Below are positions 25,801 through 35,584 of a stretch of DNA of 64,000 bases, piece by piece. Numbering within the stretch: the stretch's first letter is position 1; the number at the start of each line of letters is the position of its first letter. Where the stretch lies: the IMG/VR virus record IMGVR_UViG_3300027804_000068, positions 2,752 to 66,751 of that record; one strand, given 5' to 3'. A program made the translations under genes and the position numbers. Below the pieces are notes generated by a model, which was given only the letters and a program-made list of their open reading frames with translations, had not been told where the DNA came from and ran no database searches. This DNA comes from a virus. Its lineage: Duplodnaviria > Caudoviricetes.

Positions 25801-28800
25801 TTATTTATCTAATAGTTTTTGAAGGGTTGTAAAATCATATTCTAAACGTTCAACTTTAGCAGATAATTCTTTTATTGATTCAATTAATAGTGGAACCAGT
25901 TTGTGATAATCAACTGCCAAATAACCATTATCTCTTTCGATTATTGCTTCAGGAAGAACTTCACGAATTTCTTGTGCGATTACACCAACATCATGACCAG
26001 ACTTATTAGACTTCTCGTTCCAATCAAAGGTATTTCCACTGATTGAAAGAACTTTTGCAAGAGGATCATCAATTAGAGTAATGTTATCCTTCAATCTCTG
26101 GTCAGAAGTATAGAATGCTGTAATGTCGCCAGTTACATTTAGAGCACCAGTTACATCAAGTGTTCCGGTTACAAGTACACCACCACCAGCAGCACTGTTT
26201 CTACATCTCATTCTCTCCGTTCCACTATCAGTCTGGAAGATGATTGCGGAATTATCTTGTTGATTAAAGATTGCTCCAGCAGAAGAGGAAGTAATATTCA
26301 ATCTGTTGCCAGTTCCACCACTTTCACTAATCCCTATATCACCTTTAACACGAAGAGATGTGCTATTTACATTTACTTGAGAACTAAATGTTGCAGTGCC
26401 ACTGACTCCAATACTTCCATTAACTCTCATGCCTCCACCAATATTCACACTCTTACCAATTCCAACACCGCCAGCAACAATTAAATCTCCAGTTTGAGTA
26501 TTTGTCGATTCTGATCCTTTAGTTAATCTTACAGTGTTATTAAATGTTGCAACAGACTTAATTCTCAAGTTTTTATTGAAATTGACAGGTCCATCAAATT
26601 GTGATAGAACTTTACCAGAAGCGCCACCTTCAACAAGTAGTCTCTCTTTAATTGTTACTTCATCAAATACAACACTCAATTTATTTGGATCTTGTCCTGT
26701 AATAGTTGGATTTGGAATATCAAACGAAACACTTTCTCCACTAGTAGATGATGTTTTTGTATTTCCGTTGAAAACATCACCATTATTATTCATTCCAGTG
26801 TAAACAACCACACCAGCATCACGCTCTTGAGAGTTTGCCAGGAAGTTTTCTGTATCATTTAATGTTTTAACTTGAATTTGTGGTAAACTCGTTGAGTAGT
26901 TACCAGGTCCATAACCAAGATATTCAAAGGTATGACCAGAAGCACGAAGAATAGATGGTCTACGGAATTCAACTGCAAGCGGGTCAATTTTACGAATTAA
27001 AGAATTAGCATCGTGACTTTCTTGAAGAGATCCTAAAGAACCACGAATGACAGTAGCACTAGTATTACCAGTGCTAACTAATCTCATAATTTCATTATCA
27101 ACTTGAATGTAAGAACCAAGAGGAAGTCTTGTAGCAGTACCAATTCCACTAATTGATCGATAATAAATTGTATTTTCTGTGCCAATTCCTGTGGTTAAAG
27201 TAAATCTATTGTTATTATAAAAACTAAATCCACGAATACCATAATTTTCTGATGTTACGTCTGATACTGCTTCATTTGAAGCTAGACCGTGTTTGAGTAT
27301 AAAACCAACAGTCGTTGCGATACCAACACTTCCCGTTATAGCAGTAAACGTATTCACTCCTACCCTATCTTTAACAAGATAAACTCCTAAATTATTATTA
27401 TTTGAATCATTTACTTGGAATTTATTTCCAGATAGTAATCCGTGTGCAAAAACTGTCACAAATGTTGTAATTCCAGTTGCACTTGAATATTGTGTAGAAG
27501 TAAGACCTACAGATGGTCCAACAAGATATGCATAAGAATTTGATAAAGGAGTTGGATCTCCTGCAGTTTTAGCGATTGCGATCGAAGTAGAAGATCCAAT
27601 CGATGTAATACGATAATATGCTTCTGATGTTGATCCAATACCAGTTACACAAACAACATCACCAACATTTGTGGAGATTCCTGCAGCAGTAATTACATAT
27701 CTCGCAGCACCATTTCCTGCACCAATTCTTGTTTGATCAAAGAATAAAGACGAAGCACTGTATCCCGATCCAGGTGACATGATCTCAACAGAGGTCACTA
27801 CCCCAGCAGAAACTACAACCATTGCTGTAGCACCATTCCATGATCCTGTCTGCGACCCGTTTAATAGTTTTACATTATAATATGTCGTAATACCAGATGT
27901 TGGAGTATAGTTTGCCCCAGCAGTGATTGTTCCTGTTACGATTCCCGCTAAACCATGAAATCTTGGGAATGTGATCGTAGCAACTCCAGCTTGCGAAGCT
28001 ACAGAACTGATTGTTAAACCAATTCCAACCTCTTGCATAAACAAGTCAATTGATTCTCTTGTGATACTTCTTTTCAAATCATTCGTATTAACTGCTCCTA
28101 TTGGCGAACGTTTTGCAAACGTTTTTGCCGAAGGAGGATTATCATCAATATTATCACGATCAAGTTGTGGATATAAATCTACTGGTAACTGGCTGAATTT
28201 CAAGTTTATAAATTCCGCAGGCATTGCATTGTTAGCATTCAATGCATAAAGATGATATATTCCATCCTGTTTGTTATAAATGTATGGAGAAATGATTTCG
28301 TTTCTATACACATATAAGTTTCCTCTCCAATCATTTCTTTCAAATCTAGGTAATAATGCGTTTCTATTGTTTATATTATTAGTGGAATTTCCAGGAACTA
28401 TGTGAGATTTTCCATCAAAATCTACGGTAGAATATTTGAAAGTAAAGGAATCTGTAATTTCAGTAATTTGAAATCTTCCATTATATCCTTCGTTAAATGT
28501 TCCTGCCGTATTTGTGGTATCTGTAACATTTCTAATGTTTACCAGTTCGCCAACCAAACAATTATGTGGCAGTTCAGTAAGAACTGTAACCGTTCCAGAA
28601 CTTACTGTACAAGTTGTAATAAATCTTGGATTTCTTCTAAATTGATAATCTGTATTCGCAAGAGAAACTTTTGTAAAATCAGCATCATTTCTAGCGCCAG
28701 TAGTGCTAGATTCTTGGATAATAAATCCAGATTCAGGATCTTTTGCATTCGGAATTTCTTTTGGAATAACAACTCTTAACTTATAGAGTTTTTCATCAAG

Positions 28801-31167
28801 GGATCTTTCATCTGCAATTCTTCTGATAAAAGCAAGATCGGTAGTTTCTGTATAAGTTGCTACACCACCAGCCACAAACGCATTATAAATTTCATTATTT
28901 GCGTTAACGTGAATAAACCAGTTATTATTTTGTGGGTCATACTGAACGGGAGAACCTAGATCACCAGATTCTTTTTCAGAAACTCTACTTAAAATTGTAA
29001 GATTTGTTCCACCATAAACGGTGATTTCATTATTTTGTGTAGCATTAGTAAATGATGCTGCTAACTTAATAGTATTATTGTCATTATTGTTAATGACATA
29101 ATAGGTATCATGAGCTGTAATATTTTCTGGCAAATCACCATCTTCACTGATAATTTTTACTGTCTCACCAGTTAAAAGTTTATTTGCACCAATTGTGAAT
29201 GAATTGTTTAAATCTGGTCCAGCAGTTACTTTGTAAGATTTAAATGAACTGAAGGTTCCTTGAGCAGTTGTAAGTCCGCTGACTGCGATAGCATTATCGC
29301 ACATATAAACATCAGCAGAGTAAGTTACACCTGCTCCGGTAATATACAATTTACCACCAGTTCTTGCACCAACTCTATATCCCTGTGTTATTGATGAAGG
29401 AAGTAAGTCTTTAGAATCATATCCAAAAAGATATAGATGACTTGAAATTCCAACTTGAGTTGTTAATCCAACATTTAGAGACAACCACTCTACAGTTTCT
29501 TCAGATGTAACAACTGATCTTGGTGCAATAATACCAGTCAAATAACCACTATCATCTTTATTAAATGCTTCTTTTTTAAATCCAGTTGAAACTAACGAAA
29601 TTTGACCAAAGTTTGAGTTTGAGTTTGTAATTGAGGCATCTCCGCCACTTCTAGCATCAAAATGTTTATTAAATCCAATTGCGAAAACAGAAACAATTTG
29701 GATGAATGCATCATTTGAAAGTTTAATATGACTTGTTTCCCATCCATTTCGGTAAATAGCGTCAGGGTCTAGGTGATAGACTTTTCCTGTATCAGTTTGT
29801 GATGAACCATTTGGCAATTCAGATCCATAAACAGTTGTAAAACTTACAGATTCATAAGTTCTACTGGATTGATTATATTTGACAAATGCACGGTCGTCTT
29901 TTTGGATTGATACAGCAGTAAATTGTGCAACAACCATTGAACGGAAACCAGATGCTTTTGCACCATCAGCGTGCATCCCCTGCATACCCCAAACAGAACG
30001 TAACGAAACGTTGAAGATATAAGGAGAAGCTCCAGATACTGTGTCAGTTTCGACAGTTACCGTTGCAGAAGCTGCACTTGGATTTGGATTTAGAGTTGGA
30101 TAAGAAAAGAATGAAGGTAAAAGATACGTGAAGGAAGTCGCACTTAAAACATTCTGAACAACAGTTGAAATGTTATATGGCGCGGTTAATCCAGCACCCC
30201 CAACACCCCTAATCTTAATTGGTGTTCCAGAATTCAATCCATGGGCTTCTGTTGTAGTGACTGTAATAATTGCAGATCCTGTAGATCCATTTCCAGAAAT
30301 AATCGAAGCAATATTAATCGGATCAGCAGCAAAGGCACCAACAATTTCCCATTCCGGATTTCTTTTTGCAAATCCAAGAGGATCTGCTGGGTATTTTTGA
30401 TCAATTTCACGATAAGCATTATAAGCATTTGATACTTTGCTATAATACATATCAAGGTCTGTAAGACCATAAGTTCCAATATTATTCACACCATCTGCAT
30501 ATTCAAAGCAAGTTAATTTATGGTGCGAAAATGTTGGTGTAGATATATAAGATGATCCAAAGTTATCTGGATTTGTATAAACTGTTGTTGCAGGATCAGC
30601 ATCAAAGAATGACATTTGCCAGAAATAGCAAGCGCCAGTAATTTTGAAAATTGAAGAACTAGGTACAGTAGAATCCGTTGGATTTGGGACGTACTTGGCT
30701 CTGATTTTTGTTTTTCTTAGATCAAGACCAACAATCGATGTTCCTCTTGGAACAATAACCCCACCATAATAACTGTTGAACTTATAGAGTTGGTTGTCTT
30801 CTTGCGTTAGATCAAAATTAGACTCTAAACCTAAAGAAAATACAGACGCTGCTAAAGATTCTGCACCAGATCTATCAATTGCTTTTGCTCCACCATTATT
30901 ATAAATTCCATAACCAGGTCTATTATCAACTAGGTGCTCACCAGGAAACAATAGAATTGTAGTTTTTTCGGTAATATCGTTCGTGCTTCCCTTTACATAC
31001 GAAAATCTAGCAGATTCTAAAAGTGCTCTTTGAATCGTTTTAAATGGACGAGTCAGAGAATTTCCCTCGTTTTCAATGGAATCTGTTGAATCAAGGTCAT
31101 TTGGATTAACGTACAGAATACGACCTTCAGTATTCTTGATAAAATTATCTAACTTATTAAGAGGCAT
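25801..31167 (-). CDS. large virion structural/fibre protein with C-terminal peptidase S74 chaperone
   Basis: 1788 aa; SDQRLKDNI...GVIAQE...VDYHKL + coiled coil. Confidence 0.85.
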   Translation of the reverse strand: MPLNKLDNFIKNTEGRILYVNPNDLDSTDSIENEGNSLTRPFKTIQRALLESARFSYVKGSTNDITEKTTILLFPGEHLVDNRPGYGIYNNGGAKAIDRSGAESLAASVFSLGLESNFDLTQEDNQLYKFNSYYGGVIVPRGTSIVGLDLRKTKIRAKYVPNPTDSTVPSSSIFKITGACYFWQMSFFDADPATTVYTNPDNFGSSYISTPTFSHHKLTCFEYADGVNNIGTYGLTDLDMYYSKVSNAYNAYREIDQKYPADPLGFAKRNPEWEIVGAFAADPINIASIISGNGSTGSAIITVTTTEAHGLNSGTPIKIRGVGGAGLTAPYNISTVVQNVLSATSFTYLLPSFFSYPTLNPNPSAASATVTVETDTVSGASPYIFNVSLRSVWGMQGMHADGAKASGFRSMVVAQFTAVSIQKDDRAFVKYNQSSRTYESVSFTTVYGSELPNGSSQTDTGKVYHLDPDAIYRNGWETSHIKLSNDAFIQIVSVFAIGFNKHFDARSGGDASITNSNSNFGQISLVSTGFKKEAFNKDDSGYLTGIIAPRSVVTSEETVEWLSLNVGLTTQVGISSHLYLFGYDSKDLLPSSITQGYRVGARTGGKLYITGAGVTYSADVYMCDNAIAVSGLTTAQGTFSSFKSYKVTAGPDLNNSFTIGANKLLTGETVKIISEDGDLPENITAHDTYYVINNNDNNTIKLAASFTNATQNNEITVYGGTNLTILSRVSEKESGDLGSPVQYDPQNNNWFIHVNANNEIYNAFVAGGVATYTETTDLAFIRRIADERSLDEKLYKLRVVIPKEIPNAKDPESGFIIQESSTTGARNDADFTKVSLANTDYQFRRNPRFITTCTVSSGTVTVLTELPHNCLVGELVNIRNVTDTTNTAGTFNEGYNGRFQITEITDSFTFKYSTVDFDGKSHIVPGNSTNNINNRNALLPRFERNDWRGNLYVYRNEIISPYIYNKQDGIYHLYALNANNAMPAEFINLKFSQLPVDLYPQLDRDNIDDNPPSAKTFAKRSPIGAVNTNDLKRSITRESIDLFMQEVGIGLTISSVASQAGVATITFPRFHGLAGIVTGTITAGANYTPTSGITTYYNVKLLNGSQTGSWNGATAMVVVSAGVVTSVEIMSPGSGYSASSLFFDQTRIGAGNGAARYVITAAGISTNVGDVVCVTGIGSTSEAYYRITSIGSSTSIAIAKTAGDPTPLSNSYAYLVGPSVGLTSTQYSSATGITTFVTVFAHGLLSGNKFQVNDSNNNNLGVYLVKDRVGVNTFTAITGSVGIATTVGFILKHGLASNEAVSDVTSENYGIRGFSFYNNNRFTLTTGIGTENTIYYRSISGIGTATRLPLGSYIQVDNEIMRLVSTGNTSATVIRGSLGSLQESHDANSLIRKIDPLAVEFRRPSILRASGHTFEYLGYGPGNYSTSLPQIQVKTLNDTENFLANSQERDAGVVVYTGMNNNGDVFNGNTKTSSTSGESVSFDIPNPTITGQDPNKLSVVFDEVTIKERLLVEGGASGKVLSQFDGPVNFNKNLRIKSVATFNNTVRLTKGSESTNTQTGDLIVAGGVGIGKSVNIGGGMRVNGSIGVSGTATFSSQVNVNSTSLRVKGDIGISESGGTGNRLNITSSSAGAIFNQQDNSAIIFQTDSGTERMRCRNSAAGGGVLVTGTLDVTGALNVTGDITAFYTSDQRLKDNITLIDDPLAKVLSISGNTFDWNEKSNKSGHDVGVIAQEIREVLPEAIIERDNGYLAVDYHKLVPLLIESIKELSAKVERLEYDFTTLQKLLDK

Positions 31168-31202
31168 CGGATTATAACAACCAGAAGATTTCTATGTTTT
31201 AT

Positions 31203-31508
31203 TTAGTTAGTCAAATCTTCCCCATCATATTCAAATTCTATATCATCTGGCATATCTTCAGGGTTCTCTAACTCAACTGGAAAGAAGCAAGGATGGACCT
31301 CTTCATCGATAAGATAGAAAGAAGTTTTGTACAAATCTTCTGGTTCAAAAGATCTTTCTTTGTCTGCTGCTCTACAAAGATCTTGATCATATAAATGCCC
31401 GTCTGGAAGTTCATCAAATGTAAAAGGTACATGATTGATGAAATACATCTTCACAATCATACTGCCATTATTGTACCAGCAGTATGCGTGATCGATACGA
31501 TAAGACAT
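31203..31508 (-). CDS. conserved hypothetical protein
   Basis: ORF track; ATAAATA upstream. Confidence 0.8.
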   Translation of the reverse strand: MSYRIDHAYCWYNNGSMIVKMYFINHVPFTFDELPDGHLYDQDLCRAADKERSFEPEDLYKTSFYLIDEEVHPCFFPVELENPEDMPDDIEFEYDGEDLTN

Positions 31509-31530
31509 AGGGTTTTCCCATATCTTATAT

Positions 31531-31992
31531 TTATTTTTTATTCTTACCCCTGTAAGTGTCTGTTTGGGCGTGACAGTTGGGGCACAAGATACGAAGATTT
31601 TCTAAACGATTATCGTGATGGTTGCCGTTTATATGGTCAAGTTCAATAGGTGCTGGTTTTCCATTCCATTCAGTTATACCACAGCACTCACACTTGTGTT
31701 CTTTAAGACCTTCTGCGATTAAACGACCTTTTAATTTAAAAGATTGAACCACAGAATTTTCTATTAAGTATTCTTCAATAGGTCTTTTTGGACCAATAAC
31801 TTTTCCCCTGTTCCAAGCTTGACCAGTAAAATGAGATATATCAATATTTAATTTTTTAATTCTTCTATTAGTTGTTTGGTAATTCCCACCAGCAGGAACT
31901 ATATCAAGTTTTTCTAAAACTTGCCTAATACTAGTTGATTTTTTTACTGCTTCACGAAGTTCTTGTTCGCTATATGTATATCTGCTATTCAT
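31531..31992 (-). mobile_element. free-standing HNH (homing) endonuclease
   Basis: CECC...ELDHING...DNRLENLRILCPNCHAQT; directly 3' of tRNA-Leu. Confidence 0.88.
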
Positions 31993-31994
31993 TT

Positions 31995-32034
31995 AAATAG
32001 TAAACGCTATTACTATTTATAAAGTTTACTATTT
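31995..32034 (-). promoter_or_regulatory. late promoter TATAAATA inside a hairpin that covers the HNH initiation region
   Basis: 11-bp IR AAATAGTAAAC/GTTTACTATTT; TATAAATA 32014-32021 in the loop; ATG 2 nt after the 3' arm. Confidence 0.75.
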
Positions 32035-32038
32035 TAAG

Positions 32039-32111
32039 TAGGCGTGAGTGGATTCGAACCACCGCTGGAGGACTTTTAAGGTCCCTGTCTCTTCCGCTGG
32101 ACTACACGCCC
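32039..32111 (-). tRNA. trnL: tRNA-Leu(UAA), short variable loop
   Basis: cloverleaf folded by hand; loop CT-TAA-AA; TTCGAAT T-loop; A73; no encoded CCA. Confidence 0.85.
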
Positions 32112-32123
32112 GTGTATGGGACC

Positions 32124-32152
32124 ATTATAACTCTTGAAGTTGTAATGGTCAA
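32124..32152 (-). promoter_or_regulatory. sigma70 promoter embedded in a hairpin
   Basis: TTGACC-N17-TATAAT; IR 32120-32131/32139-32150. Confidence 0.7.
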
Positions 32153-32153
32153 G

Positions 32154-32226
32154 TGCTGGTTGCGTGGATCGAACACGCCTGTGTCGTCTTATGAGGACGC
32201 TCCTATCACCAGATGGGTAAACCAGC
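32154..32226 (-). tRNA. tRNA with CAU anticodon (Met or Ile2)
   Basis: GCTGGTT/AACCAGC acceptor; loop CT-CAT-AA; TTCGATC. Confidence 0.85.
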
Positions 32227-32230
32227 AAGG

Positions 32231-32302
32231 TGGTTCTGCGGAGAATTGAACTCCGTTCAGACACTTATAAGGTGTCGGCCTTAACCAATAGGCGACAGAA
32301 CC
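32231..32302 (-). tRNA. trnI: tRNA-Ile(UAU)
   Basis: GGTTCTG/CAGAACC acceptor; GACAC/GTGTC stem; loop CT-TAT-AA; TTCAATT. Confidence 0.85.
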
Positions 32303-32313
32303 TAGACAATGAA

Positions 32314-32487
32314 CTATGATGCCTCGTTGTTTAACTCAGTGTGTATTCGTACAAAGTCATCATCCGCAGGTATCATAACTGCTGCTCTGCCATTCTCGTC
32401 AATTATTCCTAAATGCTCTCCGTTCTCAACACGTTCCATCAGTTCATCAAACCTCTCTTGAAACTCTTCCACGGTGAAAACTTCCAT
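32314..32487 (-). CDS. Phd/YefM-like small protein, 57 aa
   Basis: manual translation MEVFTVEEFQERFDELMERVENGEHLGIIDENGRAAVMIP... Confidence 0.6.
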   Translation of the reverse strand: MEVFTVEEFQERFDELMERVENGEHLGIIDENGRAAVMIPADDDFVRIHTELNNEAS

Positions 32488-32500
32488 TTTGTGTTTTTAT

Positions 32501-32710
32501 TTAGTTATTGTCCTGACCTTTGATAGCAAGGTCAGCATATTCAATCTGCTCAGGATCCAATTGTGCGGTGACAACTTCCAGCACGTTCATAAACTCTTGA
32601 ACAGTATCACACTCAACCAGGCGCTCGCTGCCCTGATCGCTGAGAAGAAGAAAACTGCGGGTGCAAACATCAATCACAATGCCTTGGACGGTCTCTTGTG
32701 CGGTGCTCAT
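32501..32710 (-). CDS. conserved hypothetical protein
   Basis: ORF track; follows a consensus promoter. Confidence 0.75.
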   Translation of the reverse strand: MSTAQETVQGIVIDVCTRSFLLLSDQGSERLVECDTVQEFMNVLEVVTAQLDPEQIEYADLAIKGQDNN

Positions 32711-32736
32711 TTGGTGGTTCCGTTGATTACCCCCAT

Positions 32737-32765
32737 ATTATAGGGCGTCTTGGGTCAGGTGTCAA
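32737..32765 (-). promoter_or_regulatory. consensus sigma70 promoter
   Basis: TTGACA-N17-TATAAT. Confidence 0.85.
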
Positions 32766-33046
32766 GCCAGGGCAAAGGAGGTTGATCCGATACCAACGGC
32801 ATTAAATACAACTCTGTTTCCACTTAATGAAATTCTTACTGGTGTAGTATTCGCAACACTAATGAATCCATTAAAAGCAGTCACAATACCACTTGCAATT
32901 GAAACTGCTGTTCCTACACGTAATTGATTTACATATAAGTTATCAAGATTTATTGGACCAAGTAAATTTACATCCTTATAAAAGGTTACATTCCCATTAA
33001 AAAAAGTATCAGAACTATAATATTTTGTTGATGTAATGATTGCCAT
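32762..33046 (-). CDS. small virion-associated protein
   Basis: VGTAVSIASGIVTA motif shared with the fibres; track start 33058. Confidence 0.6.
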   Translation of the reverse strand: MAIITSTKYYSSDTFFNGNVTFYKDVNLLGPINLDNLYVNQLRVGTAVSIASGIVTAFNGFISVANTTPVRISLSGNRVVFNAVGIGSTSFALA

Positions 33047-33050
33047 AATT

Positions 33051-33617
33051 TTATCCAAAAACAGAATCTACAACAGTATTAACTAAACCAGTCGTTAACC
33101 CTTCAATTAAATCTAACCCAACAAAACTACCTTCAAAAACTAGTTTTGTAAAATCTAATCCAAGTGCCGCAATCATATTGCCACTAGTTCCCTTCACATC
33201 AACTTGTTGACCATCGATCATTATTCGACCTGAACCAGATTTAAAGTTAATATTTCTACCAGCTTTAAAGTGAATGTCTTCTTCTGCCTCAATCATAATA
33301 TTGGTTGCATAAATGCGAACCATTCCATTTGCACTAATAGAAACATTACCATTATTACCAATAATAATTACATCTTCTCGACCTTCTTCATTATTAGTTC
33401 CACCAGATATTTGAATTGTGTGGTCATTATATATTCCCATCAATCCGCCACTACTTAGACTAATGGAAGATTGATTATCACCACTATCTGTTACACCATA
33501 AATTTTATAAACGTCCGTTCCCTGCATACCCATTTGAGGGTTAGCAGTATCAATCCTAAAGTTAGGGTTGAAACTAATCAGTTGCCTTTTGTAAATATTC
33601 TTTGGTCTTTCTGCCAT
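33051..33617 (-). CDS. gp5 C-terminal/spike-like beta-helix protein
   Basis: repetitive IxIxA/G strands; directly after g5; track start 33629. Confidence 0.6.
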   Translation of the reverse strand: MAERPKNIYKRQLISFNPNFRIDTANPQMGMQGTDVYKIYGVTDSGDNQSSISLSSGGLMGIYNDHTIQISGGTNNEEGREDVIIIGNNGNVSISANGMVRIYATNIMIEAEEDIHFKAGRNINFKSGSGRIMIDGQQVDVKGTSGNMIAALGLDFTKLVFEGSFVGLDLIEGLTTGLVNTVVDSVFG

Positions 33618-35584
33618 TACTTTACGCAATCAACTACAGTTTGAAGTTTTCCGCCAAACTTGGGTGATCCAAGAAGTGGACGTAGAATTGCTCCAGTTCC
33701 AGTATCTGAGGAAACTATAAGAACTGGTAGACCGTCAACAACGTTATTTAGAGGTGTGACTTTATAGATACGTCCATTATCAATTTGAACATCATAAGTA
33801 TTACCAAAATTATCGGTCACTGTAGCATCTTTATATCCACTTCCACCATTCTCAATAAGTATATTGATAACAGAATATTCATCAATATTTCCGACCGAAT
33901 AATTTTCCCCTTCAGAAACCATATAAATTCCTATCACTTCTCCATTTTGATTAATAACTGATCTAGCAACTGCACCATATCCTTGGTCAATTTCATCTGT
34001 AATTTCAACAAATGGTGGATATTGATATCCAGATCCAGGATTTGTAACTTGCATACCTATTATGCTTGCAGTCACATTACCATCTTCTTGTGTTACAAGA
34101 TTTCCATAAACAGGAATTGCTTCTGCATCAGATCCATTGCCACCAAAAATATTAACAACAGGTGGCAAAGCAGTTTCTATCGCATCAGTAAAACATTCTT
34201 GAACAGAGGCAATGTCTACTCCAGAATTAATAATATCTGTAATGTTTTGAACTGATTGATACGAGTTAACCATTGAATCTTCTAATGTTGAAATAGATCC
34301 AGATGGTCCGCAACCAACTCCCCACTCATTTACCAATCCCGTAAATGCACTAGCATCTTGATTGCAACCAAATCCAACTCCAGATTCAGAGAACATTCCA
34401 ATTGCTTCTCTTAAGATATTACCTACATTAAAGTCGGAAAAGAATTGTAATAGTGTCGCTACCCCTTCTAATGGACCAATGAACAAGTTTTCAAGTACAC
34501 CAACAACGGAATTTAAAACTGCTCCAGCAAATTGTTCTGTTGCACAACTCGTAAATCGATCTACATTATCTAATGTAGATTGTAAAATATCAGATACAAG
34601 AGACGTAAGTTGATCAATTGCCGATCCAGCGATACAACCAAACGATTCTTCAAGAGCTTTAACAGGTATTAGCATTGCTTCTTGAGCAGCGACACCAGCA
34701 AGATGTGCTGCAACTGGATTCGCTGTCGCTGCAAGAACTTGTGCATAAATTAATTGATATAATAAATTTAATCCCTCTTTAAGCAAACCTATTAATCCTG
34801 AAAATGAACCTCCTTCAGCTTCATTTCCATTAATAATATAATTCATGGACGAACCAATAAAATCATTACAGTAAGATACGATTGAATCTGTAGCTTTATC
34901 GATTTCTTGTTGTATTTTTTGAAGATCTCCCTCAAACCTTTTCAGGTCTTTCATTAAATTATCAACTTTTGCTTTGATCTTATCAAGTTGTGTGTTTTTA
35001 ACTGTATTTGCTAAATGAACTTTTTTACAAATAGCTGAATTTTCTGCAACGACTGTTTCTCCAACTATCTGAGATACTCTTTGGGCGACCTCATCACTAC
35101 CGCTAACAGGAGAACGTAAAGAATTTTCAGTTGGTTGATTATTTTCACTCGGAGTTTGTTTGATATTTTTTTGCATGAGTTCAGAGAACCCAGTAAATGC
35201 TTCAAACGGAGACTTATATGAAGTAGAAGGAACTGAATCGCTTCTACCAAAAGTTGCAAGAATCACAGGGATTTGAGCGTTGTCCCCATCTAAAAAGAAT
35301 CCAAGAACAATATCACCTTGCTGCAATTGAACTCCAGTTGCAACGTTTGCTGCACCACTTCCTGCAGTAGTTGGAATTAAACATTGTGCCCAAGGTAAAT
35401 CCTCATTTGGTAAATCTGCTTCACTATAAGGATGATAACCAAGAATCCTAACCTTAAAACGATTTCCCCATCCACCACCTTCTACTTGTTGCCCCATAGA
35501 GGAGAGTGGTGGAATCTGCCCGATCCACCAACGAAATCCATCTCTACCAATAAAATGACTTTGTAGTAATGATTGATCTAACAT
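33617..35584 (-). CDS. g5: baseplate hub subunit gp5 (OB-fold N-terminus)
   Basis: FIGRDGFRWWIGQI...RFKVRILGYH...LPWA...GFFLDGDNAQIPVI. Confidence 0.8.
   Translation of the reverse strand: MLDQSLLQSHFIGRDGFRWWIGQIPPLSSMGQQVEGGGWGNRFKVRILGYHPYSEADLPNEDLPWAQCLIPTTAGSGAANVATGVQLQQGDIVLGFFLDGDNAQIPVILATFGRSDSVPSTSYKSPFEAFTGFSELMQKNIKQTPSENNQPTENSLRSPVSGSDEVAQRVSQIVGETVVAENSAICKKVHLANTVKNTQLDKIKAKVDNLMKDLKRFEGDLQKIQQEIDKATDSIVSYCNDFIGSSMNYIINGNEAEGGSFSGLIGLLKEGLNLLYQLIYAQVLAATANPVAAHLAGVAAQEAMLIPVKALEESFGCIAGSAIDQLTSLVSDILQSTLDNVDRFTSCATEQFAGAVLNSVVGVLENLFIGPLEGVATLLQFFSDFNVGNILREAIGMFSESGVGFGCNQDASAFTGLVNEWGVGCGPSGSISTLEDSMVNSYQSVQNITDIINSGVDIASVQECFTDAIETALPPVVNIFGGNGSDAEAIPVYGNLVTQEDGNVTASIIGMQVTNPGSGYQYPPFVEITDEIDQGYGAVARSVINQNGEVIGIYMVSEGENYSVGNIDEYSVINILIENGGSGYKDATVTDNFGNTYDVQIDNGRIYKVTPLNNVVDGLPVLIVSSDTGTGAILRPLLGSPKFGGKLQTVVDCVK

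Noticed and set aside
32076-32264. 62-aa plus-strand ORF and similar short plus-strand ORFs throughout 1-41 kb and 45-64 kb
   Set aside because: Antisense to tRNAs or well-supported minus-strand genes; no RBS or motif support
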